From the NCBI GenBank assembly GCA_964291215.2, contig OZ219791.1:512001-576000 (forward strand): a stretch of DNA of 64,000 nt, given 5' to 3'. Every line of letters begins with the position of its first letter. Positions within the stretch are counted from its first letter, which is position 1. Under the pieces are notes generated by a model, which worked only from the letters and a program-made list of their open reading frames with translations, ran no database searches and was not told where the DNA came from. The stretch comes from Alphaproteobacteria bacterium. Its GTDB lineage: Bacteria; Pseudomonadota; Alphaproteobacteria; MPNO01; UBA830. This document shows positions 1 to 10,567 of this stretch, in pieces. Position numbers and translations under genes: made by a program.

Positions 1-2324
1 ACGGTGTCGCCGTTGGTGCGCCACGGCGCGCCGCCGGCAAGCTCGGGCGGACGCGCCCCCGTCCACGGCGCCCCCAGCACGCAGTCGAGGGGATCAAACC
101 CGGCAAATCCCAGATCCCCGGCCAGCGCCCGCAGGATCGAGGCGTTGCCGTCACGCCCGCCGCCCCGGGAGAGGCGTGCCAGCGCGACGAGGAGCGCGTC
201 CCGTTGCGTCCCCGACGGGCTCTTTCCGAAAACGTGAAGGCCGTCGCGGATCTGCATTTCCTTGAGCTCGCAGAGATAGTTGTCGAGCTTGGCAAGCGCC
301 TCGTCAGCCGGTTCGGCGGCGCCGATTCCGCAGTCCGCGTCGAGCCCGGCGCTGCGCGCACATTCGAGGATTTCGTCGCCGAGGAGGCGGAGGCGCCGCG
401 GGTCGACGCCGGCGGCGTCGTAATACTCGTCGACCAACCGCTCGAGGTCAGCAAGCGGTCCATAGGTCTCGGCGCGCGCCAGCGGCGGCGTCAGATGGTC
501 GATGATGACGGCCGCCGCGCGCCGCTTCGCCTGGGTTCCTTCCCCGGGATCATTGACGATGAAGGGGTAGATGTTGGGAAGCGGGCCCAGCGCCGCTTCC
601 GGGAAACAATCCGCCGACAGCGCCAGCGACTTGCCGGGAAGCCATTCCAGGTTGCCGTGTTTGCCCATTTGGATCACCGCGTCGGCGGCGAAGCCCCGGC
701 GCAGCCAGGCGTAGAAGGCGAGATAGCCATGCGGCGGCACCAGCGCCGGATCGTGGTAGCTGCGGGCCGGGTCGAGATTGTAGCCGCGGGCTGGCTGCAG
801 GCCGATAGCGATATTGCCGCAACGGAACGCGGAAACCGCAAACCGGCCGCGTGCGCCAGGCCCGGCAAGAAAGAACGGATCGCGCGACGGCGGTCCCCAC
901 CGCGTGATCACCGCGTCGCGCACGGCGTCACCGAGCGAGGCGAGAAACTCCTCGTAGTCGGCAAGCGGCAGCGTTTCGGCGATGCGCCTTCCGGCAACGC
1001 CGGCATTGGTCGGGCCCGAAAGCAGCCGGGCGACGAGCGCATCGCCGCTTTCCGGCATGTCCGCAACCCCGTACCCGGCACCGGCCATCGCGCCGAGCAG
1101 CGCCATGGTTCCCGCCGGGGTGTCGAGCCCGACGCCGTTGCCGATGCGCCCGTCGCGGTTGGGATAGTTGGCCAGGACCACGCCGACGCGGCGCTCCGGG
1201 GCCGGCCGCAGGCGAAGCCGGACCCAGGCCGCCGCCAGATCGGCCACGAACGCAATCCGGTCGGGCACGCTCCGGTAGCGGACGGTCGCAATCTCGGTCC
1301 GGGGATCGAACGCGCTTTCGGATTTGAAGGCGACGGCGCGGGTGACGATGCGGCCGTCAACTTCCGGAAGAGCGACGTTCATTGCGATGTCGCGCGCCGC
1401 GAGGCCGTTGTCGCTGGCCTTCCATCCGGCCTCGGTGGCCGCGGCGAGGACGGTCTGCAGCACCGGCGCGCGCGACGGGGTGAGCGGCGCGGCGCTGGCG
1501 GCGCCGGGCGACGACACCGCGAACCCCGTGGCATTGAGCACCACCGCCGGTGGCATGGCGGACAGGAGCTCGCCGGCGACGGCCGCGCATACGCCGTCCC
1601 TGAGGCTCTGCACGAAGAGCGGCAGCGGATTGAGTCCGCGCGCCGCAAGCGCCGCGATCAGCGCGTCGATCGGCTCGAGGTCGCCCGACTGGAGCAATGC
1701 GCGGTAGAACACGACTGCCGCCACGGGGTTGTCGCCGGTCCATTGCACCCGGATCGCTGCTGCATCCGGCATGTCGAGCCCGGTCCAGTAAAGGCCCGCC
1801 GGCATCAGCGGCAACGGTTCCGTCCAGCTGCCTTCGCGGCCTGTCAGATGGGCCGCGAAGGCAAGGAAACCGTCGGCGTTTGCGGCGCCACCGTGGACGA
1901 GGTACTGCCAGAGCCGCCTTGCGTCCTCGTCGGCCACCGTCGAGAGCTGTGCCAGTTCAGGATCGGGCCGCTGGTCCCCGGGCAGGGCCGCGAAGTCTAT
2001 GTTCCGGCACCTGCAGGTCTCCGCGATCCGGTCGATCCCGTAGGGCCAGTAAGCGGCGCCACCGAGCAGGCGGACGACCACGAGCCGGGCGTGGCGGACG
2101 ATCTTTTCGACATAGAGGTCGACCGACACGTGGTGGCGGAGCTGCAGGAGGTTGGCGAGGCGGAGCGCGGGCGCATCGGCAGGCTTCCGGGCCTGCGCCG
2201 CGGCGAGGATCGCGAGTTCCGTGTCGGCCGCCGACAGGACGACGATGTCAGCGGGCGTCTGATCGAGGTCGACAGCTCCGGCGCCGTCGGAGACAACGCC
2301 GGGCTTCGCCGCGAGGAGGTGCAT
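1..2324 (-). CDS. cobN: Cobaltochelatase subunit CobN (5' part; runs off the window edge)
   Basis: Manual translation from ATG at 2324: MHLLAAKPGVVSDGAGAVDLDQTPADIVVLSAADTELA..., later HLANYPNRDGRIGNGVGLD-like and IQMGKHGNLEWLPGKS motifs. Lies directly downstream of cobW. Missing from the ORF track because no stop falls in the window. Confidence 0.93.
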   Translation of the reverse strand, partial: MHLLAAKPGVVSDGAGAVDLDQTPADIVVLSAADTELAILAAAQARKPADAPALRLANLLQLRHHVSVDLYVEKIVRHARLVVVRLLGGAAYWPYGIDRIAETCRCRNIDFAALPGDQRPDPELAQLSTVADEDARRLWQYLVHGGAANADGFLAFAAHLTGREGSWTEPLPLMPAGLYWTGLDMPDAAAIRVQWTGDNPVAAVVFYRALLQSGDLEPIDALIAALAARGLNPLPLFVQSLRDGVCAAVAGELLSAMPPAVVLNATGFAVSSPGAASAAPLTPSRAPVLQTVLAAATEAGWKASDNGLAARDIAMNVALPEVDGRIVTRAVAFKSESAFDPRTEIATVRYRSVPDRIAFVADLAAAWVRLRLRPAPERRVGVVLANYPNRDGRIGNGVGLDTPAGTMALLGAMAGAGYGVADMPESGDALVARLLSGPTNAGVAGRRIAETLPLADYEEFLASLGDAVRDAVITRWGPPSRDPFFLAGPGARGRFAVSAFRCGNIAIGLQPARGYNLDPARSYHDPALVPPHGYLAFYAWLRRGFAADAVIQMGKHGNLEWLPGKSLALSADCFPEAALGPLPNIYPFIVNDPGEGTQAKRRAAAVIIDHLTPPLARAETYGPLADLERLVDEYYDAAGVDPRRLRLLGDEILECARSAGLDADCGIGAAEPADEALAKLDNYLCELKEMQIRDGLHVFGKSPSGTQRDALLVALARLSRGGGRDGNASILRALAGDLGFAGFDPLDCVLGAPWTGARPPELAGGAPWRTNGDT

Positions 2325-2325
2325 T

Positions 2326-3360
2326 TCAGCAGCCGAACGCCGCGGCCACCGAAGCCCGGTCGAGGCCGGCCATGCCGATGATCACGAGCCGTGAGCGGCG
2401 CGCCTCCTGCAGCCGCCAAGGCCGGTCATAGTGATAGCCGATCCGCGCGCCAACCCCCTGCACAACCAGCCGCATGTCCTTGCCGGCCACATGCACGAAA
2501 CCCTTGGCGCGAAGGATGCCGTGATCCACCGCCATCTCGCGGAGTCGTCCAGCGAGCTCCTCCGGCGTGCTGGCATCGGGCAGGTCAAGCACCATGCTCT
2601 CGAACTCGTCGTGATCGTGGTCGTCGGAACCGTCGTGATGGCCGGGGCGCGCCGCAAGGTCGTCTTCGGCGGCTGCGGCAAGCCCGAGCAGGATATCGGC
2701 GCCGATCCTGCCGTGTGCGGTGCGGATCAGCCCGACGCCCGGCCGCAGGGATCCCCGGACATCGGCCGAGACGCGTTCGATCGCGTCAGCATCCATCAGG
2801 TCGGACTTGTTGAGCAGCACGAGGTCGGCGCAGGCAAGCTGGTCCCCGTAGAGCTCGTGGAGCGGGGTTTCGTGATCGAGCCCGTCATCGGCAGCGCGCT
2901 GGCGCGCCACCATGCCCGGATCGTCGGCAAACTGGCCGCGGGCGACCGCCGGCCCGTCGAGCACGGCGACGACCCCGTCGACCGTGGTCCGGGTGCGCAC
3001 CTCGGGCCAGTTAAATGCCTGCACCAGCGGCTTGGGAAGCGCCAGGCCAGAGGTCTCGATCACGATGTGGTCAGGCGGTTCCCGGCGGTCGAGAAGCGCC
3101 TGCATGGTAGGCAGAAAATCGTCGGCGACCGTGCAGCAGATGCAACCATTGGCAAGTTCGACGATGTCGCCGTCATCGCAGAGCGGGTTGCCGCAATCCC
3201 GGAGAAGCTCGCCGTCGAGCGCAAGCTCGCCGAACTCGTTGATGACGAGCGCAAGCCTGCGGTCGCGGACATGCTCGACGAGGTGGCGGATCAGGGTCGT
3301 CTTGCCGGCGCCGAGAAAGCCGGTGACGACCGTGGCCGGGATCTTTCCTGTCATTTCCAT
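2326..3360 (-). CDS. cobW: Cobalamin biosynthesis GTPase CobW
   Basis: TGFLGAGKTT, NEFG, ELANGCICC and ETSGLALPKPL motifs plus a His-rich HHDGSDDHDHDEF segment; adjacent to cobN. Confidence 0.95.
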   Translation of the reverse strand: MEMTGKIPATVVTGFLGAGKTTLIRHLVEHVRDRRLALVINEFGELALDGELLRDCGNPLCDDGDIVELANGCICCTVADDFLPTMQALLDRREPPDHIVIETSGLALPKPLVQAFNWPEVRTRTTVDGVVAVLDGPAVARGQFADDPGMVARQRAADDGLDHETPLHELYGDQLACADLVLLNKSDLMDADAIERVSADVRGSLRPGVGLIRTAHGRIGADILLGLAAAAEDDLAARPGHHDGSDDHDHDEFESMVLDLPDASTPEELAGRLREMAVDHGILRAKGFVHVAGKDMRLVVQGVGARIGYHYDRPWRLQEARRSRLVIIGMAGLDRASVAAAFGC

Positions 3361-3459
3361 AGCCGCCTCCCGGCCGACTGCGCTGCGCCTGCCGATTGTT
3401 CCGAAGCCCCGTTATCGCAAAAAGGCCGCCGGTCTGTCCATATGGCGGCGGGCATCCGC

Positions 3460-5197
3460 CACGGCGATCCCACGCCAGGTTTGTTGGAAGGGTCGGTTTC
3501 GCTTGTTCAGGATGATTCGCATTTTTGCCGGCTTTTTGTGAAGCGGCGCAGTATCCGTTGTCGTGGAGGCAGCGGATTTTTTTGAGACGACTCCGGAGGG
3601 TTTTGCGCTCCGGGATGTGGTTGTGCGCCTTGCGCGGCCTGATGTCGCTGGAATCGTGTCGTTGACCGTCATCCTTGGTTTCAAGCAGTTTGCCGGTCGA
3701 GGTCTGCGTGTTCACCTGGCGCGGGCGGTGGATTGGCGCTGCGGGCTGGCAGACGGGCGCCCTCAGCTGCGGGACCGTTGGATTGGCTGGCGCCGCGAGG
3801 AACAGTTCAGGCGGTTGCCGGGAACAACACGAGGTTTGTTGTTCTTGGTGGTCGTTTCCGGGCCTTGCCTCGTTTGCGTTGTCGCGGATGGTGCGGCGGC
3901 GACCGGGAGGCTGCCGTTGCTTGTTGGGGAGTCGTTTGTCTCGCCGACGAAGTTCAGCGGCACCATGTACAAGGCGGCGAACCGGGAGTGCGTTGGCAGG
4001 AGCCATGCGCGCGCCAGCGGGCGCCGACCGGGGAGGCGAAGGATCTTTACGTGTTTCCGCTGCGTCGCGATGTCGGCTGCGGGATCGTTCGCCGCTTCCT
4101 GTGGCGTGGGAGTTGCGGGCGCCGCTGGTCGGCGCAGGAGTTGCGCTCGATTTATCAGCGGCGCTTTCCGGCGCGCGCAGGGGCATCGCCTCGGTACTGT
4201 GCGTGATGGCGCGGCTTGCGAACCGGCGCGGTGGCGCACTACGCGATGACGCAGAAAGAGCTGGAGCGGCGTGGAAGAACAGGGACAAGCCGGTCTCCAC
4301 CGTGCACCGGGTGCTACCGACCCGGGATGGATCGAGGATGCGGCGCGCAGCCGCAGGTCGGCAACGCGGTCGACGGCAAGCGCACCGGCGAGGATCATTA
4401 CGAGACGGCCTCGCTGGCCGGTATTCGATCCTCAACTGTCACGACGGGGAGATCGCTGCCGTCCACGCCGCGACGGCGTTGGCCGTCTGCTCACCCTCGA
4501 CGCGCTCCACACCACCCGCGAGGCTGATCGTCGAGACCCATCGCGCGGACTGATGGTCAAGGGCAACGCACCTTCGAGAGCATCAACTGGAAGACCGCGA
4601 GCGCTACAGCGAAAAGCCCGCGCATGGCCGCCAGCGCACCATCTTCACCCCGCTGGCGAAGATGATCAACTAGTCAAGCAGATCTTCCGCGTCACCCGGC
4701 ACGTCGAATTCAGGAAAACCGAACACGCCATGACCTCGGTCGAACGCGCCTCGCCGCAACAGCTGCTCGCATGGAATCGCGGACACCGGGTAGTCGAGAG
4801 CCATCACCACATACCCACCTTCCGCGAAGACGACTCCATGCTCCGAACGCGCCCGCAAACAACGCGATCACCCTCGTAATCGCCGTCATCATCCACAACA
4901 AGCGTAAGCTGCGCAAACCCTTCAACAGCTTCGTCGACGCCCGCCATGCCGACAAGCGCAGGCAGGTCCTGCACGCAATCACAAGACCAGGCTGACCGCG
5001 CCTCTCTCCCCGACAGAAATCGCAAGCTTTCGAGCCCGGCAACCAAGGCCTCTCGCTCGCCCCGGATACGCCGACCAATCGCGCCCCGCGCCGCAACAGC
5101 GCGTCAGCAAATCTCAAAATCGCAGCCTCGAACGCGTCGACCCGCGCCGCGATCAGGACTCCGATCACATCACATCAACAAGCATGGGATCACCTTG
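3460..5197 (+). mobile_element. Degenerate ISAs1-family element with N-terminal DUF4338 (DruA-like) domain, copy A
   Basis: Ends CACGGCGATCCCACGC / GCATGGGATCACCTTG (imperfect TIR). Frame-broken peptides GFKQFAGRGLR..RDRWIGWRREEQF..ESFVSPTKFSGTMYKAAN (DUF4338-like) and LLAWNRGH.VVESHHH..TFREDDS (ISAs1-like). Near-identical copy at 54765-59409. Confidence 0.75.
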
Positions 5198-6615
5198 ATC
5201 TGTCGGGCTTGCCGGCTGGGGTTCTCGAGGCACTGACGGGGTTGGCGGCCGTGTGCCGTGCGGCGCTTGCCTCGGAACCCTGTCCGGCGGCGTTCGAGGA
5301 GGTGGAGCGGCGAGTTCGGGAGGGCGTGAACGTGCTGGGCTGCGCGGTGCTGGGGTCGTGGATCGAGCGCCTTGACGACGGGGCGGGTCGAACGGGCCGG
5401 GCAGCGGCGGTTCCGTGTGGCGGCGACGCCGAAGACGATCATGGGCACGCTCGGCCCGGTGACCTACAGGCGGGCGCGCTATCGCCACGGCGTGGGTGGC
5501 CCCTCGTTCGTGCCGGTGGACGAGAGCCTGGGGCTGGTGAACGACTGGCTGACGCGCCCGGCCGCGCGGCTCGGGCTGATGATGATGGGCCATTGCACGG
5601 CGCGGGAAGCGGAGGCGTTCTTCTCGGAGATGGGCGCCATGGCGCCGTCCGCGAGCACGCTGCAACGGCTCGTCCGGACCATGCATGAGCGCTGGGAAGG
5701 CCTCGGACCGCAGGCGCTGGAGAGTATCCGCGACAGGGAGGACATCCCGCCCGAGGCGGTCAGCGCCTCGGTCTCGCTGGACGGCGTGATGGTGGCGTTG
5801 CGCGCCGGCGAGGACGGGCGCGACGAGGCCTGCTGGCGCGAGGCCGCCTGCGGCACGGTCTCCTTCCACGGCCGGGAAGGCGAACGGCTCAAGACCCTCT
5901 ATCTCGCCCGTATGCCCGAGAGCGGCAAGCGCACGCTGAAGGCCCAGCTCGCAAGCGAGATCGCGCATATCCGCCACGCGCGCCCCGATATCGCGGTCGC
6001 TGCGCTCGCCAGAGCCTGCCCCTGCGAAGGCGGGGGGCGCCCCCGACAACCGGACCTTCCTGGAGAGCCTCTCGCCCGAGGCCGTCGACTTCTGGCACGC
6101 CTGCGAGCATCTTCGCACAGCCTCCGACCATGCCGTCGATCCCCGCTGGTTCGAGGCTTACCGCCATACCCTGCGACACGACCCGCACGGCAGCGCCAAG
6201 GTGATTCGGGCGCTGCGCTACCTGCGCGACAAGGCAGGCAGCAACCGCACCGCGCGCCCCGCCATCGAGCGCGAACTCGCCTTCTTCCGCAAGCACCGCA
6301 AGCGCATGCGATACCGCAACCTCAGCGACCGGGGCATCACCATCGGCTCCGGCGTTGTCGAGGCCGCAAACAAAACCCTCGTCACACAGAGGATGAAGCG
6401 CTCCGGCATGCGATGGCGCATCCACGGCGGCCAGGCCGTCCTCACCGTCCGCGCCCTCATCAAATCCGGACGCTTCGACCGCGCATGGAATGCCCTCATG
6501 AGCGATGCCGATACCCCCGCAAACGAAAACAAACGCACCGGAAACCAACACAGCCGCGCCGCATGAACCTTGACCCTCAGCCCAGCGCCATCATCGCCAT
6601 ACGAGATTCACGCCC
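5198..6615 (+). mobile_element. Degenerate ISKra4-family transposase, 5' truncated and frameshifted
   Basis: SLDGVMV, WREAACGTVSF, VDFWHACEHL and IGSGVVEAANKTLVTQRMKRSGMRW motifs spread over several frames. Confidence 0.75.
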
Positions 6616-6741
6616 TGTGGTCTTGCCTACGTCACCGCCGCCGAGAATGACGTTCATCCCGGATGCCGGATTCCACTTGAGGCTTTCGATTCCCCGAAAG
6701 CGCTCGATGTGTAACTGGCGAACAATGGCGGTTTGAGACAT
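6616..6741 (-). pseudogene. N-terminal 42 codons of an OLD-family/AAA ATP-dependent nuclease, cut by the IS
   Basis: Manual translation MSQTAIVRQLHIERFRGIESLKWNPASGMNVILGGGDVGKTT: IERFRGI plus Walker A, ending at the IS boundary. Confidence 0.75.
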
Positions 6742-6840
6742 CGGTTTGATCTCGCGACTGCTAACTCATGGCTACTCCAGCTGCACATTGGCAGGCCAGG
6801 ACCTGGCACCCTCTACCGGGCTTTCGACTTTTGTGTGCAC

Positions 6841-8379
6841 TCACGCTGCCTGCTCAAGTGACCACGCAACCCGGTCCGCCACAAACTGCGCGAACGGCCC
6901 GATATCTTGATCGATGCTGGCGCTTTCAAGCGCCGCCAGGTAGACATCACGATCCTCGACCCGGATGACGGTCCATGGATAGCCGCCGGATGCCAGCATC
7001 GCGTTCATGACAAAGCGTGCCATACGCCCGTTGCCGTCCGGGTAAGGATGGATATAACCGAACAGCCAGTGCCCGAGCACGGCGCGAACGGAAGGCTCGG
7101 TTTCAGTTTCCAGCAGATCGAACAAGGCTGGCATGGCATCGCGCACCGCCTCCCAGCGCGGCGGCACATGCCGCGATCCCCGCAGAAACACGGCATCGTT
7201 GCGGTAACCCGCCAGAGCGGAAGCCGCGATCAGGCCGGTGGCGACGCAAGGCTGAAACAGCTCGCGATACCAGTCGCGGTGGGCCTTGCGGACTAGAGCA
7301 CCGGCTTCACCGTCGCCAATGATCTCACTGACCGCCGCCCGCACAAGCTGGAACGCCTGCCAATAACCTCGCGCGGCCAGCGCATCGCGGCTCTGCCGGT
7401 CGGCGTCATGATTGTCCGGGTCCCAGCTGCCCGCGCGTACCTGGTCGATCAGCTCCGGCGTGACGCGGTAGCCCTCGATCGACAGCGAGTGATAGGCATC
7501 GTTCTGATAGATATCGTCAACGAAGGACAAATAGGCTTTGGTATCTTTGGGCAGGCCGGGCGCTTCGGGAAATGCTGCGATCACAGGCTCCCGCATCGTC
7601 TCCCACAACGATTGCAGGCGGCCGACAATCGGCGCCTGCGCCCGGCTCAGCGCACCAAAAGCGTGTTCCGGCTCAAACGGATCGGCTTCGCGGACATCGT
7701 AACCGGCGCGTTTCATGACGCTCAGAATCTCATCGGCCACGTCACCCCTGCCGATCCGGCGGAAGGCGCCGGCCAGCCGGCCGGCGATCACCGAATGACC
7801 GCCGTCAAGCAGCCGCCCGAGCACGTCAGCCGCATCGCGGATGCCCGAGAGTACGACCTGCGCTTCGACCGGGTGCCGGACAAAAAACGCCTCCGGCACG
7901 CGCACCAATGCCGCCTCGGGCACAAACAGCCGCAGCCCGTCCCGGTCCATCAGGTCGGCGTCCGGCGGCGTGTCTTTTTGTCTGAGGTCGTATAAAGACG
8001 TGCCGAACAACAGTTCGACGGTGTTGTTGGCGCCCTTGGGCGTATAGATAATGACCTGCTGCGGAATGACGGTGTTTTCCGCGAGGAGCAGCAATGACTG
8101 TTCCGGGGACAGGTGCCAGTCCGGCCCGAACCGGGCCGTACAATAGGCCGCGCAGAACTCCCAGAAAGAAGCGAACCAAGGCGTCGTATCGCCCGGATCG
8201 GCATCAGGGCTGCAAGAGATCAGCCAGCCCTTCATCACCTCGCGCAAGAAACCGTTCCTGACCAGCCGCTGGCGGTGAAAACGCGTCAGCTCGCCGGAGC
8301 GGAAAACCCGCCGCCCTCGGCCCCGGAGCTTCTGGAGCTGCGCCAGCGACGCAGCGAGTTTCTCATTCGGTGTGACCAT
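6841..8379 (-). CDS. Fic family protein (long form)
   Basis: 512 aa ORF with canonical HPYPDGNGRMAR motif and YHSLSIEG. Confidence 0.9.
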   Translation of the reverse strand: MVTPNEKLAASLAQLQKLRGRGRRVFRSGELTRFHRQRLVRNGFLREVMKGWLISCSPDADPGDTTPWFASFWEFCAAYCTARFGPDWHLSPEQSLLLLAENTVIPQQVIIYTPKGANNTVELLFGTSLYDLRQKDTPPDADLMDRDGLRLFVPEAALVRVPEAFFVRHPVEAQVVLSGIRDAADVLGRLLDGGHSVIAGRLAGAFRRIGRGDVADEILSVMKRAGYDVREADPFEPEHAFGALSRAQAPIVGRLQSLWETMREPVIAAFPEAPGLPKDTKAYLSFVDDIYQNDAYHSLSIEGYRVTPELIDQVRAGSWDPDNHDADRQSRDALAARGYWQAFQLVRAAVSEIIGDGEAGALVRKAHRDWYRELFQPCVATGLIAASALAGYRNDAVFLRGSRHVPPRWEAVRDAMPALFDLLETETEPSVRAVLGHWLFGYIHPYPDGNGRMARFVMNAMLASGGYPWTVIRVEDRDVYLAALESASIDQDIGPFAQFVADRVAWSLEQAA

Positions 8380-8559
8380 GCCGGACTATCCGCGTGCTTT
8401 CACAAGTTTAACGCGCTGTATAAGAACAAGTATATAGTGCCGTATCTAGCCAAGTCAATAATGCTGCACATATACACGTAAATTGCGACGTGGAGACACA
8501 AGTCTCAGCTGCAGAGCGATGACCGCAGGAAGCGCGGATTTCTGCCGCGCTCCAGAAAT

Positions 8560-8599
8560 TTGACAATGTCAGATTTTTTGCATATAATACCTGACATTG
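8560..8599 (+). promoter_or_regulatory. Consensus sigma70 promoter overlapped by a 9-bp inverted-repeat operator
   Basis: TTGACA (8560-8565), 17 nt spacer, TATAAT (8583-8588). CAATGTCAG (8564-8572) and CTGACATTG (8591-8599) form a perfect IR. GGAGG RBS precedes the ATG at 8609. Confidence 0.85.
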
Positions 8600-8608
8600 G
8601 AGGTTGCC

Positions 8609-9175
8609 ATGAGCGATGGTCCCCACAGAAGCCTGAAAATGCCGCGCGGCTGGAAAAAGCTCGCAGAGCGCGCCGACAACAAGGCCTACGCGCCCGAAGA
8701 GGTGCGCGACGCCCTGCCGGAAGCGCTTGAGCAGGATTGGCGTGCAGAAGTGCCGGACAGCGTCTGCAGACGCGTCCGTGACATACTTGGCGATAATCAG
8801 AGTTCGCTGTTTGGCGATCAGCGGGCCGAGCGGCTCGAAGCCCTGCGCGGAGAGACGGCCGGATACGCGCTTGGCAATGCCTTGCTCGATTATGCGATTG
8901 AGGTGGCTGCGCAGGGATGCGACGGCGATGAGGCGTTGAGAGAAGCGGCCGGCAAGGCGTTGACGGATCGCGCCGCGCGCGGCGCCCGCCAGGTCGAGGA
9001 GCACTATTGCCGCGAGTCCACGCTCCACCGTGCCGCTCACGTGCGTGAAAGTATCGAAACCGGGGTAACGCAATCGGACATCGACGGCATTGCCGGGCGG
9101 CTCGTCGGCACCGACAAGAGTGAAAAACCGCGACCGGCCAAGCAGACGGGCCTCGATGACGGGGTGCAGCTATGA
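8609..9175 (+). CDS. Hypothetical helical protein, first gene of the QueC-like operon
   Basis: MSDGPHRSLKMPRGW..., good RBS, ATGA overlap with the next gene. Confidence 0.8.
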   Translation: MSDGPHRSLKMPRGWKKLAERADNKAYAPEEVRDALPEALEQDWRAEVPDSVCRRVRDILGDNQSSLFGDQRAERLEALRGETAGYALGNALLDYAIEVAAQGCDGDEALREAAGKALTDRAARGARQVEEHYCRESTLHRAAHVRESIETGVTQSDIDGIAGRLVGTDKSEKPRPAKQTGLDDGVQL

Positions 9176-10566
9176 AGGGCACTGCCGCCGGGAACGCCGC
9201 CGAACTGCCAATACACCGTGTAGACGTTGTCGAGCCGGGGGTGCCGGCACGGCGGCATCGTATCAGGTGCGAGATCGGGGAGACCCTGAGATTCGATACG
9301 GCTGGGCTGGAAGCCTATTGCCTTGCGAATTGGGATGCGCGGGTCTTTGACGCGTTCGTACTCGCGGCCGCCATACAGTTCTGCGACCACACGAAAGCCA
9401 GGCCTTCCGCCCGCTGGGGCCGCGAGATCATCCTGCGCATACCCGTCCATGAACCTACGCATTGGCGTTCGGCGGCGGTTTCAGAGGCATTGCACGGGGC
9501 GTTGGGATTTCTAACCGGCGACCGGTGGCACATCGAATTTGTCGCGCGAAAGAAGTCGGAGTCCCCGCCCCGGCAGCAAAACCTGAGTCTGCCGGACGGC
9601 GAACGCGTCGTTATCCCGTTTCGCGACGGCCTGGACTCGCGGGCGGTCGCCGGTCTGGCGGAACGTGAACATGGCCATAAGCTGATTCGAGTTCGGCTAG
9701 GGTCGCGGTCGCTCAACGGCCATCGCGCCAAAGGCGAGCGCGTGCCCTTTGCTTCGGTGCCGTACCATGTGCGTTTTGGTCGTCGGGGGTCGGTGGAAAC
9801 GAGCGCGCATTCGCGCGGGTTCAAGTTTGCGCTGTTGAGCGGGATCGCGGCCTATCTGTCGCAGGCCCGGCAAGTGATCGTGCCCGAAAGCGGCCAGGGA
9901 GCCCTCGGCCCAGTCCTCGTTCCGGTCGGCCAGGCCTATGAGGACTACCGGAATCATCCGCTCTTCACGGATCGTATGGAAGTCTTTTTATCCGCACTAT
10001 TTGGCCACGAAATTCGGTACACCCATCCGCGTCTCTGGCACACCAAGGCCGAAACGGTGGCAGCGTTCACTGCCGCGTGCCCGGACGGGACGAACTGGGC
10101 GCAGACGCGCTCGTGCTGGCAGGGACAGCGGCAGGCATCCGTATCCGGAAAGTGGCGCCAATGCGGCATCTGTGCCGCCTGCTTGCTCAGACGTATGAGC
10201 GTGCACGCCATGGGCGGCACTGAAGACAGAGCGACGTATATCTGGGAGGACTTGAGTGCCGCCCGCTTCGATGACGGCGCCACCACTGGTTTCAGGAAAA
10301 CCAGGCCGCAGGGCGCCCTCTACGAGTATGCGATTGCGGGGGCGCTTCACCTCGATCATCTGGCGGGGCTGCAGCATTCGCCGGCAAACCAGGTTCTGCT
10401 GGACCGGCAGGTCTTTCAGCTAAGCCGGTCGCTCGGCGTTGCGGAACAGGAAACGCGGCAAAAACTGGAGCGACTGCTCAGCCAGCACGCAAAAGAATGG
10501 AAAGACTTTGTCGGGTCCCTGGGTCCACGCTCATTCGTGGCGCAGTGGGCTTTGGGGGGACCATGA
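9172..10566 (+). CDS. QueC-like (7-cyano-7-deazaguanine synthase / QatC-like) PP-loop protein with N-terminal extension
   Basis: FRDGLDS (variant of the SxGxDS PP-loop), VPESGQG, HPLF, TKAE, and Zn site RSCW..QCGICAACLLRR; 464 aa, longer than housekeeping QueC. Confidence 0.8.
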   Translation: MKGTAAGNAAELPIHRVDVVEPGVPARRHRIRCEIGETLRFDTAGLEAYCLANWDARVFDAFVLAAAIQFCDHTKARPSARWGREIILRIPVHEPTHWRSAAVSEALHGALGFLTGDRWHIEFVARKKSESPPRQQNLSLPDGERVVIPFRDGLDSRAVAGLAEREHGHKLIRVRLGSRSLNGHRAKGERVPFASVPYHVRFGRRGSVETSAHSRGFKFALLSGIAAYLSQARQVIVPESGQGALGPVLVPVGQAYEDYRNHPLFTDRMEVFLSALFGHEIRYTHPRLWHTKAETVAAFTAACPDGTNWAQTRSCWQGQRQASVSGKWRQCGICAACLLRRMSVHAMGGTEDRATYIWEDLSAARFDDGATTGFRKTRPQGALYEYAIAGALHLDHLAGLQHSPANQVLLDRQVFQLSRSLGVAEQETRQKLERLLSQHAKEWKDFVGSLGPRSFVAQWALGGP

Positions 10567-10567
10567 T

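Noticed and set aside
204-2381. 725-aa plus-strand ORF
   Set aside because: Antisense shadow of cobN, common in high-GC DNA.
9172-10566. Housekeeping queuosine biosynthesis queC or canonical QatABCD / Dpd system
   Set aside because: Protein is too long for housekeeping QueC, and no queDEF, tgt/dpdA, QatA ATPase or TatD gene is adjacent.
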